24,032 nt of DNA from a virus. Lineage: Duplodnaviria; Caudoviricetes. How positions within the stretch are numbered: the first letter of the stretch is position 1; each line of letters starts with the position of its first letter. The stretch spans positions 1 to 24,032 of the IMG/VR virus record IMGVR_UViG_3300030095_003219. One strand, written 5' to 3'. Made by a program: the position numbers and the translations under genes. Shown piece after piece: positions 7,278 to 15,598 of the stretch. The notes under the pieces were generated by a model. That model did not search any database. It saw nothing but the letters and a program-made list of their open reading frames with translations, and had not been told where the DNA came from.

Positions 7278-7307
7278 TTGCTTGGGTAACAAAAAAAGAT
7301 ATATTTT
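7278..7307 (+). promoter_or_regulatory. Possible sigma70-type promoter upstream of tail fibre gene
   Basis: TTGCTT at 7278-7283 with TATATT (7300-7305, 16-nt spacer) or TATTTT (7302-7307, 18-nt spacer), in one of the few intergenic gaps. Confidence 0.35.
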
Positions 7308-7321
7308 AGAAAGGTATAAAC

Positions 7322-8368
7322 ATGGCAAGTACATTTACATCAAGATTCAAACTCGAAAAAATGGAAACAGGGGCTAACGCCAATACCTGGGGTACAAGAA
7401 CTAATAATAATCTAGACGTAGTTGACGCTTTTGGTGGTGGATATATTGCAAAATCCGTTGCTGGTTCAGCTGATGTTACACTCACAACAGGTAATGCAGA
7501 CTCTACTACAGAATCAGCAAACAAAGTTATTGAGCTTACTGGTGCACTTACTGGTGATATTAAAGTATTGGTTCCTGCCGTTGAAAATGAATATGTATTT
7601 TTTAATAATACATCAGGATCACAAACCCTAACAATTGCTGCTACAGGTCATACATCAAATGGTATAGCTATAGCACAAGGAGCTTATTCTCATGTTTATT
7701 GTGAAGGTTCTGCTAACTTTGGTATAAAAAATTCTGTTGATAAATTAGGTGCAACTACATTTGTAGGCGATGCAACAGCTGGTGGTGGTAATATAATTTT
7801 AAGAACCAATGGTGCTGTAACAGCAACTACGTTTATCGGTAGTGGTTCAAATTTAACAGGCGTAGACCCTTTCCCTTCAGGAACAAAACAAGTTTTTTAT
7901 CAAGCATCTGCACCCACAGGTTGGACACAAGACACTGCCGCAGCATTAGGTAATGCAGCTATGAGAGTCGTCGTCGGAACTGGTGGTGGCACAGGTGGTA
8001 GTGATACTTTTCAAACAACATTTGGTAGTTCAAGAACAACAGAGTCAAAAAGTTTAACTGTGTCTGGCTCAGTATCAGGCACTGTTGGAGGCCATACACT
8101 TTCCACACCGGAACTCGCATCACACAGCCATACTGTTAGTTCTAGTCAGTTTGATAATAATCAACCTAATAGACCAAGAACTCTTTCAAACCGTTGTAAT
8201 TATGACCCTTCAATAACATCCAATCCTACTAGTAGCACAGGAGGTGGTGGAAGTCACTCTCACCCATTTAGTGGTACTCTAGGATCTGCCACTACAGGTA
8301 GTTCAAGTTTTGCAATGCCAGATATGGATCTTAAATTTGCAAACGTAATCATAGCCGCTAAAGACTAG
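7322..8368 (+). CDS. Tail fibre protein (N-terminal attachment domain; C-terminal collar-like and HxH tip region)
   Basis: N-terminal TG.NANTWG..TN.NL motif, a collar-like FPSGTK.VFYQASAPTGWTQ segment, and HTL...ELASHSH ... GGGGSHSH motifs resembling metal-binding trimeric fibre tips. Confidence 0.75.
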   Translation: MASTFTSRFKLEKMETGANANTWGTRTNNNLDVVDAFGGGYIAKSVAGSADVTLTTGNADSTTESANKVIELTGALTGDIKVLVPAVENEYVFFNNTSGSQTLTIAATGHTSNGIAIAQGAYSHVYCEGSANFGIKNSVDKLGATTFVGDATAGGGNIILRTNGAVTATTFIGSGSNLTGVDPFPSGTKQVFYQASAPTGWTQDTAAALGNAAMRVVVGTGGGTGGSDTFQTTFGSSRTTESKSLTVSGSVSGTVGGHTLSTPELASHSHTVSSSQFDNNQPNRPRTLSNRCNYDPSITSNPTSSTGGGGSHSHPFSGTLGSATTGSSSFAMPDMDLKFANVIIAAKD

Positions 8369-8850
8369 TGCCGATATTTGACCCAGATGGGACTTGTCCT
8401 CTTCTTAAAAAGAAGTGCATTAAACATAGATGTATTTGGTACAATATGTTGCAAGGTAAACATCCTCAAACAGGATTGGATGTTCAAGAATGGGGCTGTT
8501 CAATAGCTTGGATCCCCTTATTATTGGTAGAAAATTCACAACAAACAATGCAAGTTAAAGCAGCTACAGAATCTTTTAGAAATGAAATGGTAAGATCAAA
8601 TAGTGTTATGACGAAAGTGTTAGCACATAGCGGTGATGCACAAAAAGCCATGGGAGTGGCTAGTTCCATATTTGAAATGATCGGAGACCATCAAGAAGCT
8701 ATAGATAAGAAAGACTCTTCAAAAGAAGATAAAACTATTTTACAACTAAGTAATAATAAGGTAAAAGTTAAGAAGAAGCCTAAAAAGGCTACAGCTAAAA
8801 AGGTGAAAAAAAATGGCAACAACCGTAAACAACACAACAGTTCAAAGTAG
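8368..8850 (+). CDS. Conserved hypothetical protein with four-Cys N-terminal motif and Lys-rich tail
   Basis: GTG start overlapping the upstream TAG. CPLLKKKCIKHRCIWY...WGCSIAWIPLLLVENSQQ...ATESFRNEMV. Confidence 0.75.
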   Translation: MPIFDPDGTCPLLKKKCIKHRCIWYNMLQGKHPQTGLDVQEWGCSIAWIPLLLVENSQQTMQVKAATESFRNEMVRSNSVMTKVLAHSGDAQKAMGVASSIFEMIGDHQEAIDKKDSSKEDKTILQLSNNKVKVKKKPKKATAKKVKKNGNNRKQHNSSK

Positions 8851-9265
8851 AATTACAATAATTTTTGATGCTGGTGGATCCTTAATAGGAGATGGTCCAG
8901 CTAAAGGCACTGGAAATACAGAGTCAGATGTATACTTAGATGACAATGTTATACTTAATATAAGATCTCACACAGAAATTGACTCTAGTATTCACGCTTT
9001 GCAATGGGATGCCACAACAAACACAGGCACGATTGAATTCACTGATACAAGAGATAATGAGTCTATATCTTCTCTCCCTCAGTGGGCAACGAATGTTGTT
9101 ATAAGAACAGAGGCTCAAAATACTTACTCGTCCACATATAGTTCAACTTATAGTGCTCACTCAGATGCAGGAGCAGAAGACGATTCAGCAGCAGTAACAG
9201 CTGCGATCACAGCCGCCGACACAGCAAGAACAGATTATCTTGCTGCACACAGTATTACTTACTAG
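8813..9265 (+). CDS. Hypothetical protein, possibly tail-fibre assembly/accessory
   Basis: 150-aa ORF directly downstream of the fibre genes. IHALQWD...G.IEF motif and a TYSS x3 repeat. Confidence 0.65.
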   Translation: MATTVNNTTVQSRITIIFDAGGSLIGDGPAKGTGNTESDVYLDDNVILNIRSHTEIDSSIHALQWDATTNTGTIEFTDTRDNESISSLPQWATNVVIRTEAQNTYSSTYSSTYSAHSDAGAEDDSAAVTAAITAADTARTDYLAAHSITY

Positions 9266-9285
9266 TTTTCTGTGTATAAAAGAAT

Positions 9286-9828
9286 ATGAAAGAATATATC
9301 TTAGAAGTCAAAAAAGTAATTTCACATCCTTTTTGTAAAAAAATTATAAACTGTTTCGATCACAACTATAATGACGCGGGAACTGTAGGAGGCGTAAATA
9401 AAAATGTTAGGAATTGTGTTACAAGAAGTGTAATGAACCCAGAAACATTTGGTGAAAGAATATGCTCTAATTTTATTCAAGAAAAAATTTTCAATTGTGT
9501 AGAACATTATCAACAAAAACATAAAGTAAAATCAGAAAAAATATCACAACTAGATTTATTAAAATATGAAACGAATGACAGTGATGCAGGTTATGTTTTT
9601 CACACTGATTTTGGACTTAAAGTAAGTGAAAGACAATTATCTATTTCTATTTGTCTTAATAATCAATATGAGGGTGGAGAATTTGTTTTTGAAACTCCAG
9701 ATGGACCTCATACAATACCTCAAAACGAAGGGGATGCAGTAATATTTCCATCTAACTTTATGTTTAGACATCAAGTGAATAAGGTAACAGCAGGCACAAG
9801 ATATGCTCTAATAGGATGGGTCATTTAG
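9286..9828 (+). CDS. 2OG-Fe(II) oxygenase (prolyl-4-hydroxylase-like)
   Basis: HTD (HxD), LSISICLNNQYEGGEFVF, IFPSNFMFRHQV (distal His) and GTRYALIGW (2OG-binding Arg). Confidence 0.9.
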   Translation: MKEYILEVKKVISHPFCKKIINCFDHNYNDAGTVGGVNKNVRNCVTRSVMNPETFGERICSNFIQEKIFNCVEHYQQKHKVKSEKISQLDLLKYETNDSDAGYVFHTDFGLKVSERQLSISICLNNQYEGGEFVFETPDGPHTIPQNEGDAVIFPSNFMFRHQVNKVTAGTRYALIGWVI

Positions 9829-10424
9829 TGGAACCTATTTTTATAAAAGAATTTTTACCCAAACAAATTTTAAATCTAATTTATACTTATTCTATTATTA
9901 AATATGGCAATCAAAAGCAGTTTAAGACAGATATTCAAACCAATGCTTTAATAAGTGAACATTCAGACTATCTTATGGAAACCTTAATGGACCTAAGCAC
10001 TCCAGTGATAGAGCAAAATGTGAAAAAAAAATTATTTCCAACTTATTCTTTTTTTAGAATCTATGATAAAGGATCTGATTTAAAAACACACATTGATAGA
10101 GAGTCTTGTGAATACACTGTTGCTTTATGTTTAGGGGCACATCCAGTAGATCAACCTTATGAAATTTTTTTAGGAGAAAAGGATGATAATTCAGATTACA
10201 AATATTTTAGTAATAAGAATAATCTTGAAAGATATAGAATTGATTACAAGTTTCCTATGTTACCTAATAATGCAATTATATTCAAAGGCATGAATAAACT
10301 TCATTGGAGGGAACCATGTCAACATGATCACTTTATAACTGTGTTTTTACATTACGTAGATCAAGATGGCGAATATAAGGATTTTAAGTTTGATAAAAGA
10401 ACTGGTCTTGGCGTAAAAAGATGA
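9828..10424 (+). CDS. 2OG-Fe(II) oxygenase-like protein
   Basis: Likely start is GTG 9828, overlapping the upstream TAG (the track uses 9816). PTYSFFRIYDKGSDLKTHIDRESCE (HxD) and HWRE (distal His). Confidence 0.75.
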   Translation: MEPIFIKEFLPKQILNLIYTYSIIKYGNQKQFKTDIQTNALISEHSDYLMETLMDLSTPVIEQNVKKKLFPTYSFFRIYDKGSDLKTHIDRESCEYTVALCLGAHPVDQPYEIFLGEKDDNSDYKYFSNKNNLERYRIDYKFPMLPNNAIIFKGMNKLHWREPCQHDHFITVFLHYVDQDGEYKDFKFDKRTGLGVKR

Positions 10425-11251
10425 ATGAGAGTTTGTATGTTTTAAACGGTGGTATAGGTAAAAATATATGTTTTACAAGTTGTTTGAAAGAGTTACAAAA
10501 TGTCAACATCATGTCGTCATGGCCTAAAATATTTTCACACCACCCAAACGTTAATTTTTGTTACAACTTGAACTTAACACCACTATTAGACAAAAGTGAA
10601 TTTTTAAATAAATTTAAAAAAGTACATTTTGTTGAAGCATATGATGAATTTTTTTTAATGAACAAAATTCATTTAGTTAATAATTTTAGACGTATAACAA
10701 ATCAAAGTATCTTAGAAAACGCTTATAATGAAATATATTTTTCTCATGATGAGGAAGATAGATTGAAACCAATTTTATCAAAGCTAGAAAACTTTGTACT
10801 TGTGCAATTTGTAGGTAGTGACGAGCATAAAGTTGAAACTGATTTTGAGGGGTCTAGATCTATAAGAAGAGATTTAGCACAATCTATTATTGATGTATTA
10901 AATTTTGATTTAAAATTAAATGTAGTAAATGTTTTTTCTCTAAAAAATACTTTTAAAAATATTTGCGAAATTGATCAATCATTATGCTATAGAAACTATG
11001 CACATATGATAAAATACGCAAAAGGATTTATTGCAATAGATAGTTGTCTTAATCATATGTCAGCTAACAGGTTTTGTAATACACGAGGTGTTGTTTTGTG
11101 GAATGACCAAAATGCAAATTATAGATTTAATTATTCTAAGAATTGTAACATCATTACGAACACACCAAATGTTATGCGGTTTGATATAAATGAGGTTATA
11201 GATAATTTTACTAAAATATTAAGGGAGAATAAAAATGATTACACCAACTGA
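10421..11251 (+). CDS. GT-B glycosyltransferase, family 9 (heptosyltransferase)-like
   Basis: N-terminal GGIGKNICFT, HHPNV, and the C-terminal FIAIDSCLNHMSA...GVVLW motif matching the GT9 DS..H signature. Confidence 0.7.
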   Translation: MNESLYVLNGGIGKNICFTSCLKELQNVNIMSSWPKIFSHHPNVNFCYNLNLTPLLDKSEFLNKFKKVHFVEAYDEFFLMNKIHLVNNFRRITNQSILENAYNEIYFSHDEEDRLKPILSKLENFVLVQFVGSDEHKVETDFEGSRSIRRDLAQSIIDVLNFDLKLNVVNVFSLKNTFKNICEIDQSLCYRNYAHMIKYAKGFIAIDSCLNHMSANRFCNTRGVVLWNDQNANYRFNYSKNCNIITNTPNVMRFDINEVIDNFTKILRENKNDYTN

Positions 11252-12035
11252 ATTGAAGGATAGAAATTTTAAAATATTTTTAGGTATGCCCATGTATGGA
11301 GGTATGTTATCTGAAGCTACTATGCACGGGCTCTTAGAACTTCAACAATGGACTGTTGCGTCTAATGTAGGTTTAAGATTTCAGTCTATGGGCAATGAAA
11401 GTTTAATAACCAGAGCTCGCAATACAATTGTATCAATGATGATGGATCAGCAAGATTATGTTGCAACTCATTTATTATTTATAGACGCAGATATAGGTTT
11501 TTCTTGGAAAAATATTGAAAGACTATTATGTGCTGACAAAGACATAGCTTGTGGCGTTTATCCTAGAAAACACATACATCTTGAGAAAATAAAAGGTATT
11601 TTGAAAGACAATCCTAATATAACTCCTGATGAGATGGAGGCTAAAGCACTAGGGTACAATATTAATTTTGATGATCCGACAAACTTACAAGGGGAGAATG
11701 GTTTTTTCCCAGTTAATGAAGCGGCTACAGGTATGATGTTGGTAAAGAGATCTGTATTTAGAACTATGTTTAAAAAATTTCCCGAAAGAAAATACCAAAC
11801 AGATCAAATAGTGAATGGAGCAAACTATAAGTCAGATAATTGTTATGATCTTTTTGCCGTAGGACCTTATCAAACACTTGATCAAAAAAGATATTTATCA
11901 GAAGATTATTATTTTTCAAGATTATGGCAAGAGTGCGGTGGTAAAATATGGGCTGACCTATCTATGCCATTAACTCATTTTGGAAACAGAGCATATAAAG
12001 GTCACGTTGGATCTTTAGTTGCCAAAAAATTATGA
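11235..12035 (+). CDS. GT-A fold glycosyltransferase (DxD type)
   Basis: ESLITRARN, THLLFIDADIGF (DxD), ATGMMLVKRSVF and YLSEDYYFSRLWQECGGKIWAD...H.G. Confidence 0.85.
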   Translation: MITPTELKDRNFKIFLGMPMYGGMLSEATMHGLLELQQWTVASNVGLRFQSMGNESLITRARNTIVSMMMDQQDYVATHLLFIDADIGFSWKNIERLLCADKDIACGVYPRKHIHLEKIKGILKDNPNITPDEMEAKALGYNINFDDPTNLQGENGFFPVNEAATGMMLVKRSVFRTMFKKFPERKYQTDQIVNGANYKSDNCYDLFAVGPYQTLDQKRYLSEDYYFSRLWQECGGKIWADLSMPLTHFGNRAYKGHVGSLVAKKL

Positions 12036-12056
12036 TTACAGAAATATCTGATCAAA

Positions 12057-12596
12057 ATGTCTGAAGAAATAATTGTGCATATTATTGATGATTTTATATC
12101 TGATAAAAATCTTTTAGACAGTTTTTTTGAAAAATACATTATGGAAGGTCGACTGCAATTGACTTTTACAAACAAAGGACATGCCACAGAAAAACAACCT
12201 CATTCTTTTACTTCATCCTTAGATCGTGAAAATTTTAATATACCCTTAATATACGAACTTTATAACAAATGTAACAAATTACTGCCTTATAGTAATACAC
12301 GTATTAAAAGATGGCATGCTAACATTTATCCCTCTGGATTTGATGGGACTATTCACGTTGATAAAACCTACAGCACACCTACATATTTATATTGTGTCAG
12401 TCCATGGAAAAATGACTGGGGTGGAGAATTTATTGTATATGACGAAAAAAAAGAAGCAAAAGCAGTAGCCTCTTATAAACAAGATAGGTTAATAATTTTT
12501 GATGGTAAATATCCACATAGAGCAACTGCACCAACTAGACTTAGCTCTTTACTTAGAGCTACTATTGCTTTTCACACAGAAATAGTAGAAAAATAG
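12057..12596 (+). CDS. 2OG-Fe(II) oxygenase
   Basis: GTIHVD (HxD), W..DWGGEF, RLIIFDGKYPHRATAP (distal His) and R.TIAF. Confidence 0.85.
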   Translation: MSEEIIVHIIDDFISDKNLLDSFFEKYIMEGRLQLTFTNKGHATEKQPHSFTSSLDRENFNIPLIYELYNKCNKLLPYSNTRIKRWHANIYPSGFDGTIHVDKTYSTPTYLYCVSPWKNDWGGEFIVYDEKKEAKAVASYKQDRLIIFDGKYPHRATAPTRLSSLLRATIAFHTEIVEK

Positions 12597-12613
12597 TATT
12601 TATAAGGTATATT
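12586..12613 (+). promoter_or_regulatory. Possible promoter for the tail stabilisation gene (perhaps leaderless)
   Basis: TAGAAA-N16-TATATT. The -10 box ends 6 nt before ATG 12620. Confidence 0.3.
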
Positions 12614-12619
12614 ACTCTC

Positions 12620-14446
12620 ATGCCCCTAGTAAATTTTAGACCCGCTCCAGGTATTAATAAGGAAGTGACTGATTATACAGGTCAGGGTAAATGGACTGAT
12701 GGTGATATGGTACGCTTTTTTCAAGGGTCAGCACAAAAAATTAAAGGGTGGGAAAGGTTTTTTAGTACAACTTTAGTTGGGGTTGTTAGAGATCAACACG
12801 CATGGGTTTCTTTAGATGGAACTAGATTCAACGCTTTTGGCACAGATAGAAAATTATACCTATACTCAGAAGGTGTTGCCTATGACATCACTCCACTTAG
12901 AGAAACACAAGCTTTGACAAATCCTTTTACTACAAACGCCACCACATCCGTAGTTGTTACTGATACTGGTCACGGAGCACAACAAGGTGATTTTGTCACT
13001 TTTGATTCTTTTTCTGCAATTGACGGATTAGATATGAACAAAGAATTTGAAATTACATCTGTCGCTAATAACAATGCATATGTTGTGACTGCAGGCTCTG
13101 CTGCGTCAGGATCGACATCAGGTGGTGGAGGATCAGGTAATGCTAAATATCAAATTAATGTTGGTCCTGAATTGTCAACTCCTGCCTTTGGTTGGGGAAC
13201 AGACACATGGAGTTCAGGCACATGGGGTACAGCATCAAGTAGTTCTAATGTTACTCTTGAAGCAAGACAATGGTCTCTTGACAATTTTGGAGAGTTGCTC
13301 ATTGCAACTGTATTAAATGGTGGTGCTTTTGAGTGGAGTCCTTCAAGCGGAGTTTCAACAAGGGCAACTGCTATTACTAATGCTCCAACAAAATCAAGAT
13401 TAGGTTTAGTTTCTACTCCAGACAGACATGTTTTATTTATGGGCACTCAACCCACAATTGGTGGCACTAATGCTCAAGACGATTTATTAATTAGATTCTC
13501 AAATCAAGAGGATAGAAATACGTATCAACCAACAGCAGAGAATACTGCAGGTTCATTACGCATAGCTGACGGATCACGGATCGTAGCCGCAGAAAGATCA
13601 AGAGGTCAGATATTAGTATGGACAGATACATCTTTACACTCAATGCAATTCATAGGTCCACCTTTCACCTTTGGTTTAAGACAGCTTGGTCAAAACTGTG
13701 GTATAATAGGTAGCCATGCAGGCGTCGACATAAATGGTGTATCTTATTGGATGTCTCAAGACTCTTTCTTCTTATTTGATGGTACTGTAAAAAAACTACC
13801 TTGCACTGTAGAGCAGTTTGTTTTTAACAATATTAACATAACAGGATCAGAAAATGCTTTTGCTGGACACAATGGTGAATTTAATGAAATTATGTGGTTC
13901 TATCCTAGAACAGGATCAGATCAAATTAATGCTATCGTAGCTTATAATTATTTGGAAAGAACATGGTGGACTGGAACACTTGCTCGAACTACTTGGATAG
14001 ATAAGGAAGTATTTGATAATCCAATAGCGACTGAATATAGTTCAACAGCCACAGCAAATAATGAAGTTATAAGTGGACTTACAGATGGAGCATCCTCAGT
14101 TTTCCTACATGAAATAGGTAATAATGGAGATGGTCAGGCTATCACAGCATTTGTTAAATCAGGTGTTGTGCAAATTGGTGAGGGTAATGATTTTGCTTTT
14201 GTTTCTAAATTAATACCCGATGTAGAAGATCAAGAGGGAACACTAAATGCTAAATTAGAATTTAAAAATTACCCTAATAATAGCACAAGTGTTACCAAAA
14301 CAACGACCTTTACAGATACTACAGACTTTGTAAGTTTAAGGGGTAGAGGTAGAGAGTTTACAGTAAATGTAGTATCTAATACGACTGGCACAGCTTGGAG
14401 ATTAGGAACTCAAAGATTTGATATACAGCCTGATGGTAGAAGATAA
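12620..14446 (+). CDS. Tail nozzle / packaged-DNA stabilisation protein (P22 gp10 / tail tubular protein B-like)
   Basis: 608-aa beta-rich protein with PGINKE.T.Y...G.W.DGD.VRF, WSLDNFGE, IRFSNQED and QRFDIQPDGRR at the C-terminus. Located between the tail genes and the internal proteins. Confidence 0.7.
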   Translation: MPLVNFRPAPGINKEVTDYTGQGKWTDGDMVRFFQGSAQKIKGWERFFSTTLVGVVRDQHAWVSLDGTRFNAFGTDRKLYLYSEGVAYDITPLRETQALTNPFTTNATTSVVVTDTGHGAQQGDFVTFDSFSAIDGLDMNKEFEITSVANNNAYVVTAGSAASGSTSGGGGSGNAKYQINVGPELSTPAFGWGTDTWSSGTWGTASSSSNVTLEARQWSLDNFGELLIATVLNGGAFEWSPSSGVSTRATAITNAPTKSRLGLVSTPDRHVLFMGTQPTIGGTNAQDDLLIRFSNQEDRNTYQPTAENTAGSLRIADGSRIVAAERSRGQILVWTDTSLHSMQFIGPPFTFGLRQLGQNCGIIGSHAGVDINGVSYWMSQDSFFLFDGTVKKLPCTVEQFVFNNINITGSENAFAGHNGEFNEIMWFYPRTGSDQINAIVAYNYLERTWWTGTLARTTWIDKEVFDNPIATEYSSTATANNEVISGLTDGASSVFLHEIGNNGDGQAITAFVKSGVVQIGEGNDFAFVSKLIPDVEDQEGTLNAKLEFKNYPNNSTSVTKTTTFTDTTDFVSLRGRGREFTVNVVSNTTGTAWRLGTQRFDIQPDGRR

Positions 14447-14619
14447 TGGCTAAACTAAGTTTAACAAGATTTCCTGATCCTAGAGATGAGTATCAAAGAG
14501 AGCAACAAGCTGAATTAATTAGACAGCTAGAGGAATTAGTTCAACAATTAAATACTCAATATACACAGGATACTCAAGAAGAGTCCACAAGAAGGAGTTG
14601 GTTTTTTTCAAATGGCTGA
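14446..14619 (+). CDS. 57-aa helical hypothetical protein MAKLSLTRFPDPRDEYQREQQAELIRQLEELVQQLNTQYTQDTQEESTRRSWFFSNG (not in ORF track)
   Basis: TAATG coupling with the upstream stop. TGA at 14617-14619 overlaps the next start. Fills the gap exactly. Confidence 0.8.
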   Translation: MAKLSLTRFPDPRDEYQREQQAELIRQLEELVQQLNTQYTQDTQEESTRRSWFFSNG

Positions 14620-14968
14620 TGTATTTAAAAGATTTATTACTAATGTAACAACAACAGATTTAACTACAGTGTTCACTGTGCCTACAGCAAATGTTGCGGC
14701 GACACCACCAGTCCCGGTATCCACATTTATTGTAAAGACCATTAACACACATAACTACGATGGTTCAAATGCTGTGACTGTTAATATTGACCACAATAAT
14801 GGCAGTGCAGATTTTCAAGTATTTCAAGTTGATGTGGCAGCATCAAATACAAATACTATTAGTACCAGTATGGTATATCAAGAAGGAGATGTAATGAAAG
14901 TACAAGCAAACGCCGCTTCAAGAGCAATGATTGAAGTATCTGTATTAGAGGTTAAACAACAACAATAA
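14612..14968 (+). CDS. Small beta-rich virion protein (hypothetical)
   Basis: AAGGAG SD at about 14592-14597. 118 aa, Thr/Val-rich, with a YQEGDVMKVQA...VSVLE end. Confidence 0.7.
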   Translation: MADVFKRFITNVTTTDLTTVFTVPTANVAATPPVPVSTFIVKTINTHNYDGSNAVTVNIDHNNGSADFQVFQVDVAASNTNTISTSMVYQEGDVMKVQANAASRAMIEVSVLEVKQQQ

Positions 14969-15558
14969 TGTATTTAATAGCAAAAGTGCCAGAGGAGATA
15001 ACCAAAAAATTAGATGAGGTTATTCAGGCTAAAGATTTAGTGCCTGCAAACATGGATCTAGCAGGTAATATCAAAAGCGAATATCTAATACCAGAGGGTA
15101 AAGAATATGTCTATCCTCTTATATTTGCTTTAATTGATAAACATAAAGAAAAATATCCACAATACTTTAAACAAATTTGTGGTTATAGAAATAAAAAAGA
15201 AGTGGACTTAAGTTTGCAATCTTTATGGGTAAACTTTCAAAGAAAATATGAATTTAATCCAGTTCATGTACATGAGGGTTTATTTAGTTTTGTTTTCTGG
15301 CATAAGATTCCTTACAAAATGGAGGATGAAATCGCTAGATATCCAAATATGAAACCAGATCAAGTAAAAGCAGGACACTTCGCCTTTTTTAAAACAAATG
15401 AAATGGGTAGAATACAGTCAGAAGACTTACCTGTAGATAGTTCTTGGGAGGGTAAATTAGCACTTTTTCCAGCAGATCTTAATCACGCTGTATATCCTTT
15501 TTTTACTTCCGATGACGTAAGAATTACAATCTCAGGCAATGTAGGTTTCCCGACATAA
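14968..15558 (+). CDS. Putative 2OG-Fe(II) oxygenase, HxH type (2OG-FeII_Oxy_5-like)
   Basis: WVNFQRKYEFNPVHVH, LFPADLNHAVYPF and RITISGN. Confidence 0.8.
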   Translation: MYLIAKVPEEITKKLDEVIQAKDLVPANMDLAGNIKSEYLIPEGKEYVYPLIFALIDKHKEKYPQYFKQICGYRNKKEVDLSLQSLWVNFQRKYEFNPVHVHEGLFSFVFWHKIPYKMEDEIARYPNMKPDQVKAGHFAFFKTNEMGRIQSEDLPVDSSWEGKLALFPADLNHAVYPFFTSDDVRITISGNVGFPT

Positions 15559-15563
15559 ACCTA

Positions 15564-15592
15564 TTGATTTAATACATTTTCGACTATAAAAC
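15564..15592 (+). promoter_or_regulatory. Possible sigma70-type promoter for the internal-protein operon
   Basis: TTGATT (15564-15569)-N17-TAAAAC, with an overlapping TATAAA at 15585-15590, in a 40-nt AT-rich gap. No SD before ATG 15599. Confidence 0.4.
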
Positions 15593-15598
15593 TATACT

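Noticed and set aside
7277-7297. Small hairpin TGTTGC-TTGG-GTAACA next to an A-run, considered as an intrinsic terminator
   Set aside because: The stem is weak and is followed by A's rather than U's on the + strand. On the - strand the stem contains a mismatch.
8806-8813. A8 run at the 8368/8813 junction as a programmed frameshift like tail-assembly-chaperone G/GT
   Set aside because: The downstream ORF is in the +1 frame, not -1, and has its own ATG with an AAGGTG SD-like element. A-runs are common here.
9286-12596. TET/JBP-type DNA hypermodification assignment for the oxygenase-GT cassette
   Set aside because: It is not adopted as the main call because the oxygenases look like short P4H-type enzymes, there are no nucleotide-metabolism or methylase neighbours, and the cassette is in the tail region. 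It is kept only as an alternative to test.
7422-13316. Alternative-frame + strand ORFs 7422-7631 and 13122-13316 with Leu/Val-rich, membrane-like sequence
   Set aside because: They are fully nested in larger genes. The Leu/Val/Gln richness is the expected frame-shifted reading of Gly/Thr/Ala codons.
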